From Lama glama (lineage: Eukaryota): DNA of 64,000 nucleotides. The position numbers were made by a program, and so were the translations under genes. This document shows, in pieces, positions 1 to 12,879 of the stretch (the stretch's first letter is position 1; the number at the start of each line of letters is the position of its first letter). Location: NCBI GenBank assembly GCA_028534125.1, contig CM052817.1, positions 76,820,001-76,884,000 of the forward strand, read 5' to 3'. A model generated the notes under the pieces. The model made no database searches, was not told the origin of the DNA, and saw only the letters and a program-made list of their open reading frames with translations.

Positions 1-162
1 TACAGAGAGGAAACCAGTTGAATGTCTCCTCCATCATATTTTATTATTCTAATCTTAACAGGGTTATGGGAAAGGCCCTTGAGTAAAATTTGGAATGAAT
101 AACATGATATCTCTTCTATAAGCATTCATGACCGACTAAACAAATGATCAAAAGTCAATAGG

Positions 163-760
163 AAAAGATACATGCACTCAAATGTTCATAGCAGCACTGT
201 TTACAATAGCTAAGACATGGAAGCAACCTAAACGTCCATTGACAGATGACTGGATAAAGAAGCTGTGGTATATTTATACAATGGAAAAGCACTCAGCCAT
301 TAGAAAGAATGAAATCATGCCATTTGCAGCAATATGGATGGACCTGGAGATTGTCATACTAAGTGAAGTAAACCAGAAAGAGAAAGAAAAATACCATGTG
401 ATATCACTTATATGTGGAATCTAAAAAATGGCACGAGTGAACTTATTTGCAAAACAGAAACAGACTCACAGACATAGAAAACAAACTTATGATTACCAGT
501 GGGGAAAGGGGGTGGGAAGGGATAAATTGGGAGTTCAAGATTTGCAGATACTAACTACTATATATGAAATAGATAAATGACAAAGTCCTACCATATAGCA
601 CAGGGAACTATATTCAATACCTTGTAATAGCCTATAATGAAAAAAATATGAAAAAGAATATATATACACAACTGAATCACCATGCTATACACCAGAAATT
701 ATATATATATATGAAATATGTATATATATATATATATGAATCAACTGTATAATTTTTAAA
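163..760 (+). mobile_element. 5'-truncated L1: ORF2 C-terminus plus 3' UTR
   Basis: ORF 182-424 MFIAALFTIAKTWKQPK...IMPFAAIWMDLEIVILSEV is the L1 ORF2 C-terminus; L1 3' UTR with (TA)n follows; degenerate TSD aaaagtcaataggaaa / aaaagcaattggaaa. Confidence 0.93.
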
Positions 761-1780
761 AAAGCAATTGGAAAAATAGAGCCACAGGATAAACAACCTT
801 TTAAAGAGGCATGTAGGAAAGTCAAATCTAAAATTAAGAGTTTAATTAAGACTCAGTCAGTAAAGGATAATGCATGCAGCAGGGACCCAATAGATCAATG
901 TATCAAAAAGAGACAAAACCCTTGCCCTCAAAGAAATGACTGTGACCCTGAGCAGATACAGAAATTCCAGCATTGTCACTACGGGTTGAAACTAACATGT
1001 GTCAGCTCAGAAGCTGCATGTACTAAAACTCTTCCTGCAGAGTGAGGTCAATGGTCAAAAGTCAATTTACTGACCTGCCAATACATCCTACCAATATCTC
1101 AGAAAGAAAACACAGAAATCAAACTCCCACTTGTGCTTTCTGCTGGGTAACCACATCTACACCCGTTAGGAATTAGTCAGTCGTGCTAACTGCACCAGAA
1201 GGCTGCCAGATGGTGACACCCTTCTTGGGACTGATGTTGAGTCTGTGCTCCTCCTCCACCTTAAAGGGTAAAACATTAACCCTTTACCTTCTGAAAAGAA
1301 TCATGTGTCTCTGGGCACAGCAGTTATCCCCCCCCCCTTTTTTTTAATGTTTCACCTATCAAATTTCAAATCTTTGGAAGGATTTTTGAAAACACCTACT
1401 TATCAATGACCTTAAGACTTAAGAACTGAAAGCCTGCTGTATGCAGCATTTTATAGCTGCATGATTGTATTTGCTAGGACCTCAACTGTAATATTTATAA
1501 CTGGAAAATGAGAAAGCTGTATCTATCCTGTAGGGGATTTAGTAATATAGAATTTCAAGTCCTCTAAAAGATTTCTCATTAAATAGTCAGTACCGCTAGT
1601 ACAATAAGCAGACCCAAACCCTTAATGTCATTGTGATAACAAAGCAAGTTACCCCAGGTTACCATAGAGTACAGAAGAATATTACACTACTTTCTACCTT
1701 AGATACTTGCATCGACAGTGGAAGCAAAAGCCTTTATCCGCTAAAACCTTCACTGAAGTATTTTTGGGTGAAATAGTATG

Positions 1781-2280
1781 NNNNNNNNNNNNNNNNNNNN
1801 NNNNNNNNNNNNNNNNNNNNNNNNNNNNNNNNNNNNNNNNNNNNNNNNNNNNNNNNNNNNNNNNNNNNNNNNNNNNNNNNNNNNNNNNNNNNNNNNNNNN
1901 NNNNNNNNNNNNNNNNNNNNNNNNNNNNNNNNNNNNNNNNNNNNNNNNNNNNNNNNNNNNNNNNNNNNNNNNNNNNNNNNNNNNNNNNNNNNNNNNNNNN
2001 NNNNNNNNNNNNNNNNNNNNNNNNNNNNNNNNNNNNNNNNNNNNNNNNNNNNNNNNNNNNNNNNNNNNNNNNNNNNNNNNNNNNNNNNNNNNNNNNNNNN
2101 NNNNNNNNNNNNNNNNNNNNNNNNNNNNNNNNNNNNNNNNNNNNNNNNNNNNNNNNNNNNNNNNNNNNNNNNNNNNNNNNNNNNNNNNNNNNNNNNNNNN
2201 NNNNNNNNNNNNNNNNNNNNNNNNNNNNNNNNNNNNNNNNNNNNNNNNNNNNNNNNNNNNNNNNNNNNNNNNNNNNNNNN
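1781..2280. other. Assembly gap (500 N)
   Basis: Run of N. Confidence 1.
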
Positions 2281-3011
2281 AAGTGCCCACGCGGCACATC
2301 TTGCTCTCAGATCCTTTACCTTTATATTTTAGATGACAGGATGCTTCATTTGCTCATTAACAAAGAAGCTGAAATAGTTCTGAAAATATTGAAGCTTGCA
2401 CAGGCATTGCTACTACAAATATAAAGGCTTGAGGTTTTTGTCTCCCCAATAGATTATAAATACATGTCCTTGCTCTGTTTTCACTGATTTGATATTTTCT
2501 AAGCAAATATTAGAGTATTTCAGTAAGTAGCTTAGTGCTTGTTAAGTAGTGGATTTGTACCATCCATATAAATATACAAAAAAAGCACAGGAATTTTACC
2601 AACAAATTTATGTGTGATCCAGCAAAAGCATAGATTTATATTCACAGATAAATATTGTAAAATATATATATATACACATTCAGTTTGAGAATAAGAACAC
2701 GCTTTTGGATGGAGGTGATTTGTGAAAAAAACAAAAAACCAAAAACACCATGAAGGTTATGAATCACTTTGAGCTGGGGGTTGGCCTGAAGCACCACAGC
2801 TATGACTGGATTTATTTAAAGGAAAAAAAAAAAACAAACCTCAAAACAGACACAGAAATTGAAAAATGCATTTTCCGTCCTTTCTTCTATTTCACCGTCA
2901 TTTCTTTCCTATTTTCATTGACAAATGGAAGTGATGTTTTTATTAGATGAGTCAGTGCAGGAGTCAATGGAGCTGAATGTCAAGTTATCCTAGAAAAGAA
3001 CAAGTATACAC

Positions 3012-3450
3012 CACTTGAGGTTTTATTTCCTAGAAGCAGAGCCTGAGGCAGAGACTCGGCTACATGTGTTTTGCTGAGGGAGTGGTGGTGTTCAGGAAAA
3101 CGCTCTAAGGAAGTGGGAGGAGCAGGACAGAGGGGAGAGGACTGGGATACCGTCTCAGGTAAAGCCCAGTGTCGGCCCAGCCTGCAGCTGGCGAGCTTGG
3201 GAGTGGACCTCATCCCGCAGCCCTTCCCTTGAGGCAGTGGGGCTGGTGTGTTATTATTCATTGCTGTCAGTTTGTGTGTGAGGCTGGAGGTTGAGCTGGG
3301 AGTATAACTTTCCTTATCTCCCATCAGCTAATCCAATTCACTGCAGGAAGGGGCAGCTGTGAGCGGATAGGAGCCAACACTTACTCTTGGTAGCTAGAGA
3401 TGAGTAGGCAGGCCCAGAAAATGGGTTTGGACTGGCATGCCACTGTCACC
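3012..3450 (-). mobile_element. ERVL-class solo LTR (LTR16-like)
   Basis: Begins with ttcctagaagcagagcctgaggcagagactc, the reverse complement of the LTR 3' terminus also seen at 10714-10757. Confidence 0.6.
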
Positions 3451-6063
3451 TACATATAACTAAGTAGGGTCTATCGTTTTATAATAATGTGTGTGTATAG
3501 TCATTTGGCTGGAAAGGACCCCATACCTTCATATATAGGCTAAAACTTTGCCTTTTCAAATTTGTTCTATGAGCCAATGAACTCACTGTTGTTTAAAGTG
3601 CTGACTTCTAGGGGTGGGTAATACTGCACACTCTTCATCTCACTTTTGTATTTATGAATAGATGATTGTTCTTTTAAGAGCTTGGTACATTTAGTTGGAG
3701 GAAATGGATTTGAATAAAGCATAAGAAATAACTTCAATTCAAACTCAAGATACTGGCATGAAAGATAATACCGTGGGAGTTTGGGCAGTCAAAGGGGTGG
3801 AACTGGCAAGGTACTGGCAGCAGCCTCCTTGCTTTGGGTCAGGCGGCCCTTTGTCTGGCTAAGTGAAAATATCTGCACCGTCATCAGGAAGTTGTAGGTC
3901 AGTTTGTAGCTTATTATTAGTTACATAATTTTTTTTTCAATGCCACAAGTAATTAATTCAGACTGGATTATTGTACTTTTAATTGGTATTAGATTCCGCA
4001 ATGTAGGTTGGAGGAAGCAGGTTTGCCCTCAACCCTTTCAGTGTATCGCTAATATTTTAGTCTAATTTAGGTCAACATTTACATTAGTTGAACTACACAT
4101 AGTCAGCTGTAAGGAAAGTATCTATAACTATGTACACATGGATTTTGGGGAGTGTTTCCCTTTCTTTCATAAACTTCCAAAAATTAAAATCTTTTATGTT
4201 GTTAAAAGAAAATACGTGAAATACTCCATAACAAAAACTTAAAAAAATAAAGATGGGGTAATATATCAAGGTTGGCTCCAATTTTTATCATTATTGTTAA
4301 TAATAACGCAATGGATGTGCTTGTACACCAGCCTTTCCCCTTTGTTTCTGATAATTGGATCCTTTTTGCCAAAGAGTACCTCAGTTGTTTTTATTTACCG
4401 TCTCTTTTTCCAGAGCTTCTAGGAATAAACGGCAATGAAAAGAGCGCACTTAAATAGCAACCATTTATTTCCAGTGAAATTCATCTACTGTTGCTACGTG
4501 TGATTATGTACGTGGTATTAAGTTCAGGAATAAAATGAATGGAACAACAGTGTTACACAATTTTCTAGGCTCTGGAAGTGATTACATTTTTAAAGAGTTT
4601 TCTGCTACTCAAACATTTAAAAGAATTTGTTTCAATTACTATCTATATTCAGAGCTGTGTTTAGAAGTAAACTTTTAAGGTACGTTATTATATTTCAGCT
4701 TATTCCATAATTTATTTTTCATCTGTTTAGATTCCTGCTTAAATCAATTTTAGAACTTTTCTTTCTTCCTATCAAAATGTCTATTATATTAGAATTTTCA
4801 AGTTTATCATACAACTGTGCATTATGTTCTTGTGGAAAATTAGCAACAAATCTTTAATCAATCTCAAACTCTCATTTGATATCATCCATCCTCTTTCTCA
4901 TTCTCAGTTTTGCTAATTCTTTCTTTCTCTTTCTCTCTCTCATAATTTTTTATTCAATTCCTCTGCCTCAATGATTTCAGGATTAAAAGAAAATTAATGT
5001 TTAAACAAACACTTACCAGGTTAGGTCCAAGCTTTTTGTATCACTGAAATTTTCTGGAATCCAGCAAGTCTTTTTGGTTTGAAGAATCTGACTTTTCTTT
5101 AGATGAGAAAATTTTCATTTTATTATATTTTTGAGTATTATTCTTCTATTAACACTTATTATTTCTAGCTTAAAATCATTTCTTGCTTATTTTTGTTTTT
5201 GTCTTTTCTCTTTGTATTCTGAGCAACTTTTGTGTTTCTGTCTTTCTCCGTAGCAATTCAATTTTAGGCTGTGTTTTTCGTTTTTTCAGCCTTCAATGAT
5301 CATTTAAATTGTTACTGAATTTTAAATTCCCTTTTTTTATTCTTCATTCAATTCTACTTTTATCCATGATTTTTTTCTTGTATTATCCTTAAGGCTAAGC
5401 TTCTTGAATTTTATTAAAACTGTTTCTTGCTTTAAAAAAATTCAAGGATGCCAGGCAAATCTTTCCTAAAAAACCTTTTTTTCATACACTTCTTGAGGGA
5501 AGTCATTTTCACAGACGTGATTTTCTTTTTCACCTGTGTCTTTAGGACAATGTTCCTTGCTGTTATGCTTAGCATTTTTTACATTCCTTCTTTTTCTCCC
5601 TTATTACTCATCCTGAAAGTGAGCGCTACCCAAACTTAGCATTGACGGGCAAGGTAGATGTTGTGTTCTTAGCCTTCCAGGTAATAACTTGGTTAGCAGC
5701 AGCCCCACCTTCCTGATCTCATTCTGAAAATCAGGTTAATGGCCCTTTTTCTGTTTAATACGCAACACTCAGTAGGCATTTCTCTACTTAGTGTATTGAA
5801 AGTGGGTTGTCCCCTCCCAGCAATGTTGGGGTTCTCGGACTTGCTAAGAGAGTTAGGGAGCTCACGTGTCTGCGTTCTCCAGCCTGCTCTGCTCTAGGCG
5901 CTTGTTTGTTCTGTGCCCCTGTTTGTACCTTCCCTTGGGGTCTCCAGGTCTCAGAATTTGATAAAATTTTGTCCTTCTCCCTTTCCCTTTTGCTGGACAA
6001 CTGGAAATAGTATATGTGGTGACAAGGTCGAAGTTACCTAACTCCTAGAAACTCCTAGAATTC

Positions 6064-6910
6064 CGTGTGCTCCCAGAAAACAGTAACAACAAGAGATATT
6101 CCCCCACCCTTTTGTGATCTGGGAAATGGCTCACTGTGAAGAACCATTCTTCCCCATGTGGACTTAATTACCCTCTTAATTACCTATGACAAAGCCAGAT
6201 ACAGACCCCCCAAATTTCCATTCTTTGCTTTGTTGGCCTTAAAGAAATGGACTGCCAGATATTTCTCCAGCAAAGACAGTTTTATTTGGGATCAGCAGGT
6301 AATTGCAATTCAGGGTCTACAACCGTGGCACACCACCTGTAAGGCTTGCAAGGCAAAGGAAGAAAAGTGCTACTTTTGAAGGGAGGAAGAGGAAGTTGGG
6401 TGAGCTAGAGTAAACAAAGGGTCCGTGGCTTTTCATTGGCTGAGTACTTGCCAGGAAAGAGGAGGAGGATTTCTTCCAGTTGGACGTGGCTGTCTTTGCA
6501 GGGTGTGAGAGCTCCCCCTTCTGGTCTCCCAACTCTAATTACGGTTTCTGTTTTTAAATTTTTAACACCTTCATAAATGATTGGCCGAATTATGCTGTCC
6601 CTATTGATTAATCCTAACAAGGTTTATTAACCAAATTTGGGGAAGTTTCCCTTCATCCCCCAGACCTCTGAACTTTGACCCACACTCAACCTGAGGCAAT
6701 TCTCCTTAAGGATCTCTCCTAAGAATAATCTGACCTCAAGATAGAACATTCTCTGATACACACAGTCTGATCCCACCACCTGTGGTCATCCCACTTCCCT
6801 ACTAATACATTCTAACCTTGTTTATTCCTCTATAAAAGTCCCTTTCTGCCTAACCTTCAGATGCTTGCAAATCTCATTGTTGGAGTGTTCTCCCTAATAC
6901 AATATTTTAC
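6064..6910 (+). mobile_element. ERV1-class LTR (MER67/MER31-group-like) interrupted by a second LTR
   Basis: Motifs cccttttgtgatctgggaaatggc, cctctgaactttgacccacactcaacctgag, TATA-like ctataaaag and gatgcttgcaaatctc...ttctccct; the host sequence is continuous across the 6231-6567 insert. Confidence 0.65.
6231..6567 (-). mobile_element. 337-bp solo LTR nested in the older LTR
   Basis: TGTT...AACA termini, 4-bp flanks gctt/cctt, minus-strand AATAAA (tttatt near 6281). Confidence 0.7.
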
Positions 6911-7440
6911 TCCATTGAATTATCCTGGTGCCCCTGTCAACAATCAATGGACCATAAAGATAAGGGTTTATTTCTGGGTTCAGTTTTATTCCATTGATTT
7001 ATCCTTATGCCAGTACCACACCATCTTGCTTCCGTTTTGAAATCAGGAAGTATAAATGCTCTAATTTTGTTCTTCTTTGTCAAGATTGTTTTATTCTTCT
7101 GTGTCCCTTGCATTTCCAAATGAATTTTAGAATAAGGTTTTCAATTTATGCAAAAAAAAAATCAGCCTGGGGTTTGAAAGGGATTGCATTGAATGTTTAG
7201 TAATTTGTAGACGTGTAGAAATGTGCAGAAAATCTGGGGAATTGTCTAATCTGAACAATGTAAGTCTTCCAGTTACCAAATGTAAGGTTTCTTTCCATTT
7301 ATTTAGATCTTCTTTAAATTCTTTCAATGATGTTTTGTCATTTTCAGTGGACAAGCCTTGGAGCTCTTTTGGGAAACTATTTCTAAATATTTTTTAATGC
7401 TGTTGTATATGAAATTTCCTTAATTTTATTTTCAAATTAT
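6911..7440 (-). mobile_element. Old L1 ORF2 fragment
   Basis: Minus-strand translations ILTKKNKIRAFILPDFK, INQWN, KEFKEDLNKWK resemble L1 ORF2. Confidence 0.85.
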
Positions 7441-7515
7441 TCCCATTGTCCTTCTAACATTTATTTGTTAAGGGGAGTTTTTCTCTTACTAAGGTTTGAA
7501 AGTTATGGCAGGCCC

Positions 7516-7978
7516 TGTACTGGGGTCCTACAGCTGCCATAACAAAGTACCATGAACTAGGTGGCTTAGAACAATGGAAATGTATTGTCCCACAGCTCTG
7601 GAGATTAGAAGTCCAAAATCAAGGTGTTGGCAGGACCATGCTCCCTCTGGAACCAGTAGGGGAATCCTTCCTTAACTCTCCCTAGCTTCTGGTGGTGTGC
7701 TGGCAAGTCTTGGCATTTGTTGGTTTGTAGATGCATCACTTTAATCTCTGCTTCTGTTGCCACATGGTCATTGATCCTGTGTCTCTGTCTTTACGTGGCA
7801 GTTTCCTCTTCTTATAAGGAAAGGACACTATAATCTTATTGGATTAGTACCATCCTAATGACCTCTTCATAATTTAATTACATCTGCAAAGATCCTGTTT
7901 CCAAATAAGGTCACATTCACAGGTACCATGGGTTGGGGCTTCAACGTATTTTTGGGGGACACAGTTCAACCCATAACG
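7516..7978 (-). mobile_element. MaLR solo LTR (MLT1A-C-like)
   Basis: gctgccataacaaagtacca...ggtggcttagaacaa...tccaaaatcaaggtgttggcagg...ttccaaataaggtcacattcacaggtacc...cagttcaacccataac. Confidence 0.88.
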
Positions 7979-8732
7979 TGTTCCGTGAGGTTTCTAGGTT
8001 CTCTTAAGCACTGGAAAGTCCAATGATTTCTTTAAATTACAAAACCTAATTTTGGTTTGGAAATAGAACATCCAGCCCATGTCAAAGGTAAGGTGTGTAC
8101 AAGTCGAGCATCTGGGGGGTTTCTGCCCCTGGAGACAAGTATAAGGCAGGTGGCTTTTCTCTTTCTTGCTGGGCTCCTTTCCCACTTGCAAGCTGCTGTT
8201 TCTGACCTTCTGGGTTTGAAATGGAGGGAGAAAAGGAAAAAGGAGGCAGGAAGATTTTATTTTGCTGGGATGGGTTGTAAGCTGCCATCATTCTCCCTAG
8301 GCCTAGATAATACTTAAAACTGACCTTTCATGGATTCTTTGGAGACTCCTTTGCGAGCCTTTTGACTATAAATCCTGTGGCGTCTCTTCTATGCATGCAA
8401 CTCGTCTGGCTCTTTCCTCAGCTCCCGGTTTTCCAGTAGTGACTCCAAGCAGGTGTCACTGCTGGAGACCCCTTGTTTGTCCATGCTGGCAACTTTACTG
8501 CGAAGAAGCTTCCCTCATGTCACCTTTCTGAACGGGGTGCTGCACATCTGGTTCTTGGGAAGTACTAAAGGATTTTTGTTCTGAAAAGCTCAGCTACCTC
8601 TCTTCAAAGGAAGGAACTGGCTACCTCTTCTTCTTTCGAATTTTTCACGTAGTCCGGTGCTTCTAAACTACAGAAAATTCATACCGACCTCCCCTCATTG
8701 GAGCCCCTCTTAATAGACTTTAGGTGAAGAGA

Positions 8733-9280
8733 TGACAAAGGTTCTTTCCTTGACTGAACTCTGGCCAGGCTCTTCTGAGTCATTTTCTTGGGCAGGCTTC
8801 ACATCTTAACCTATAAAAACTTGAACAAACATTAATATAGTTTTTGGCAGCTCAACGCCGCATGGCTACGATGACCCTAGTCCTTCTTAAAGTGCCTGCC
8901 TGAGGAAAGTCAGGGATTCCAAAAGAATTTACTGTTGTTCCAGCCCACACCTGAAGATAGGGCCCCGATTCCCAATCTTTGTGGGAGAGAAGGGGCCTAA
9001 CTTCCGCAAGTATCAGTTAGCAAATCCAGATGGCTTTCACATGTACTGACTCCCTCTTCCCGTCCTGCTTTTTGTAATTTTTCACTTTCCTGACTGTACT
9101 GAGCCCCTGCTCAATCCCCTCCCCACTCCTTCATTCATCCCTTAAAACACCCAGTCACTTCTGTAGAAACCAAAGGTGGGTTCAGTTCACACTGGACTCT
9201 TTCCTATTTGCAGTAGCGATTACTGATTAAAATCAGTCCTTGCCACTTTACGTAGTGTCCAGCTTTGTTTATCTTTGCTA
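8733..9280 (+). mobile_element. ERV1-class solo LTR (MER31/MER67-group-like)
   Basis: Starts tgacaaagg...ccttgac; contains cttaaagtgcctgcctgag and ccaaaagaatttactgttgttccagc; ATTAAA near 9227; 4-bp flanks gaga/gagg. Confidence 0.75.
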
Positions 9281-9451
9281 GAGGGAAGCAACCTTTTCCT
9301 CTCCCTCTTTTCAGGAGGTAAGACGCACAGCAGTTGAATGTCTTTCTTCAAAGATTCTGCCCCACATTATTCTCTTGCGCCTCCATGCTTTTATTGACCT
9401 GAACTCAGTCAGAGACATCTGCCTAAAGGGCCCAACTGTCATATAACTGGT

Positions 9452-9965
9452 TATTATAGTTTGAGTTCCCCCAGAAGCAGCCCCTGGACAGGGATTTGAA
9501 TGCAAGTAGTTTATTGAGAAAGGGCAGAAAACATTAGCCAGGGAGTTGGGAGTGTGGAAAGGAAGAAAAGCTTCTCTTCTAGAAAGAAGATGTATATTGA
9601 AACAGCTACCATGATGGAGGGCTGAAGTTTAATCTCACAGGAAAACTCTGGGAAATTGTGTAAAATGCAGGCTTCAGAATGATCTCAAGCAGCGGTGTGT
9701 GAGAGAGTGATATTTATGCATCAGAGCTGGTCAAATGATGTTTCTTTCTAGCAAGAAAGTGAAAGAAAAAAGGTGTTACTTCCCTGGCACTTCCAGCTTG
9801 CTGCGCCTGTGAGCGGAACTACTCTGCAGAGATTGGGAATAATCCTTCACACTCAGATGGACATCCTGGCAGCTGGAGATCTCCCTGATAACAATGAGAT
9901 AGAAGACTCCAGGGGTACGGGTGGGACCCTGGCACTGTCTGCTATAGTCTGTGCCTTGCATCCTC
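9452..9965 (-). mobile_element. ERVL-class LTR (LTR16-like), probable 3' LTR of the adjacent ERVL relic
   Basis: gagttcccccagaagcagcccctggacagggatttgaatgcaagtagtttatt is the reverse complement of the LTR16-type end, including AATAAA. Confidence 0.6.
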
Positions 9966-10149
9966 AAATGCCATTTGTGTCAAGGTAATGACAGGTTACT
10001 ATTTCTTGAAAAAAAAAAAAAAGGAAAAGATTTACAGTACAAAGTTTGAGAGGCTAAACTACAAGCTTAATCTCTGTGAGTACCATTGGTCCCATGTCCA
10101 ATTTATCATTTCCCCCTTTTCCCTCTTATTTATCACTTTGTTTTCTACC

Positions 10150-10757
10150 ACCCAATCTAGATCGTCCCACACTCGCACCTAGCACTTCTGCTCATCTCTG
10201 CTGCTTGCCCAGTGGGGTAACCCAGACAGACTATAGCAGACGCCTTGCTCTTATCCCCTTGGATTCTTTCACCATTGTGTTTGTGTGTGTGTATGTGTGT
10301 TTGTGTGTGTTGTGTGTGTGTATACACTGAGTTTCAGTGTTCTTTCCTGCCCAGCAGTCAGTACCTGAGCCCCTTTGGCACTGGGCTGTCATCAGGCTGC
10401 TGGAACCCACTTTGTCTACAGATAAGGAGACTTGGAAATCCATGGAAATTGACATCCACATGGGGTCAACTCTTAACCAATGACTGATGGGTTCAAGAAT
10501 GTAAATACTCCAGGTCTCTTACCCTGTTCTGTACCACTGTGCGATGTCACATCCACTGTCTCCAGAGCCCTCCTGTGGGACAGAAACACGGTTTCTCTGT
10601 ATCAGTCTCTGCTTGATGTCATACTGTTGCTTGGCCTCCTTCCTTCCCATCTCAATGACTCTCCTCTTAGTGTTTCCTGGGAACATCTCCGTAATAAATA
10701 ATTTTTCAGAAGAATCCTTGTCTCAGGCTCTGCTTCTGGAGAAGCCCAGCCTTAGAC
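10150..10757 (+). mobile_element. ERVL-class LTR (LTR16-like) containing (TG)n at 10277-10322
   Basis: Ends gtgtttcctgggaacatctccgtAATAAA...aatccttgtctcaggctctgcttctggagaagcccagccttagac. Confidence 0.75.
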
Positions 10758-10759
10758 CT

Positions 10760-11720
10760 TGATGTGAAAGGTTGGAACCCCTGGTGGCCATGCCTTGGTT
10801 AGCTGTGTGTCAGGCAATTGCACATTTGGGTTTTAGAAGCACCAAGAAAACTAATCAAACCCCTGGGTCCCAGAAATACTCACCCTTCTCTGCTGTGCAA
10901 CAGTAGCACTATCTCCTCATGCTACTCAGAGTCAATTTCCCCTGCCATTATAGTAAATCTGTTTTTCCCTTTGTTTGTTTGTTTTCACCTGCTGATCACT
11001 GACATACAGAGCACCAAATGACCAGAGAGTAGCCTAGCTGGAAGTTCGGTTTTAGTGGATGCCTCAGCATGTCCTCTGCTAGTGCTGCTTGTCACGTGGG
11101 TGACTGTAATGATGAAGGGATCACTTCTAATTCTGTGACTTAGAATACTCTATTTTTCAGCATCATGTAATGGCTATTGGATTAAAGAACATACAGCATA
11201 TTGAATGACAATGTCCCAACATTGCATAATATCATCTCCAAGCTAATGCCTCAGCTGAGCCTTTCAGAGGCCCTTCTAAAGTTCTGGGAGGCAGCTATTT
11301 CTGGGTAATGTGATAAATTATAGGACCAGTGAATCTGTGACCATGGATTCACAGTGGCCCCTCTTTAGCTGAAAAAAATGGGCCTCTTGGTCAGGGATGT
11401 TAGGTGGGATCCCATGATGACAAATCAGACACTAGGCGAGCCCTTAACATGCTTGTGCTAAGTCAAGTTACTGCAGGCAGGAAGGCTAAACCCAGATCTG
11501 AGATAATGTCGATTCTTGTTAAAATGAATTGCTGTTCTCTGTTACCAAGAGGTTGGTTGGTGTTCTTGAGGGGTAGTTTCCTAGAGGTGGCCCGTCTTGA
11601 TCTCTGTTTTTGATCGTTAAGCAGCTGTAGTAGCTAGATCAGCCTCGGTGAGGTAGACCCCTAACTGTTGAGCCCATCCGTAGCCTCTGTATCTACTTCT
11701 GCCTTCTGTTAACCCACTCT
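10760..11720 (-). mobile_element. Decayed ERVL internal region (pol integrase and downstream)
   Basis: Minus strand gives, with stops and frameshifts, GYGWAQQLGVYLTEADLATTAA, QQFILTRIDIISDLGLAF, HHGIP...DQ.AHF, IHWSY, matching ERVL integrase motifs (GGYAWAQQHGLPLTKADLA / FVLTGIDTYSGYGFAF / HGIPHSIASDQGTHF). Confidence 0.75.
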
Positions 11721-12879
11721 TCTTCTATTTTGATTGTATAGTATGAGCAATACCCTTGCTGCCTGTGCATCCAGTTTGCCTGAAGGCACTCTCTGCACTA
11801 TAACTGATCTTTAGATCCCTGAGGGTCAGGTCTCACTGATGCCACTCTGTCTTTGATATTTGTTATGGTAATTATGTCTACCTTGCCTCCAGTTAGTTAC
11901 ATTTTGCCAAATGGCTCCTGCTGTTTTGCAAAAAACTACTACCTCCATTGACCCTTGGAATCCCTGTTCCATTGAATTTAGTGTCTTGATATATATAATC
12001 CTCTTTGATTCAGACATTCTTTTATTAGTCTCATCTTTGTCTTCAATGTTTTAAATGGAGCATTTTGCTTCCTAAAAGGAAGCTCTTGGTATTTTTTCCA
12101 GATTGGATAAGCTGTAAACAACTGGGCTAATCAAGTTCTTAGATTTATTGCTTTCCCTTCTTAATTTATTTGAGAATATCTAGTATCTGTGCAGCTACTC
12201 ATTTATGAGAAGAAAACCCAATCAAACTTGGTAGGCTGACAGAAAATTGAAAGATAAATGAAATCTTCAACCTGCCTATTCCTTTCTGAGAACTCACTAA
12301 ACTGTCACTTTAGTGTTTCAATCGTCTATTTAAGATGCTCTTTTTATTGGTTTATTTCGTGTAAATTCCAATCCCTGATAAGCTCCTTTATAAGACAGTC
12401 ACTGAGACTTCATCTTCTCTCTCCTATACCATTTTGCTTGTAGGTATATCTCACTGCATGCCTGTCTCTGTTATGAAATTGCCAACACTCTGTGTAAAGC
12501 AAGCTTATGTCATTTTAATTTCTGTATTTCCTCTGCCAAATATAGTAGGTATTCAATAAATGTCTATTGAGTGAAATGATTACATGAATAAATAAGATGA
12601 CTGTTGCCACAATTTCTCTTACACCTTGTTTCTGGTCCTCTAAACATCTTATATTCCTTTTATCTGGTTTTCTAGTCTTGAGTAGAAGTTCTAGAGAATA
12701 GACTGGAAGCAGCTCTGCCAAGCACCTTCAACTTACTCACTTTCTCATTTGCATTAAAAGTCTCATTTTTGCAACAAGTCTTCCATCACCCACCCCACTG
12801 AGCTACATTACTTGTTCACTCTCACTCTATAGTGTTAAAATAGGACTCTTTTCCCCCTCAGTTTCAGCTGAGATATCAA

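Noticed and set aside
1694..2336. Long ORFs across the N runs (also 26575-27435 and 57873-58686)
   Set aside because: Artifacts of translating assembly gaps.
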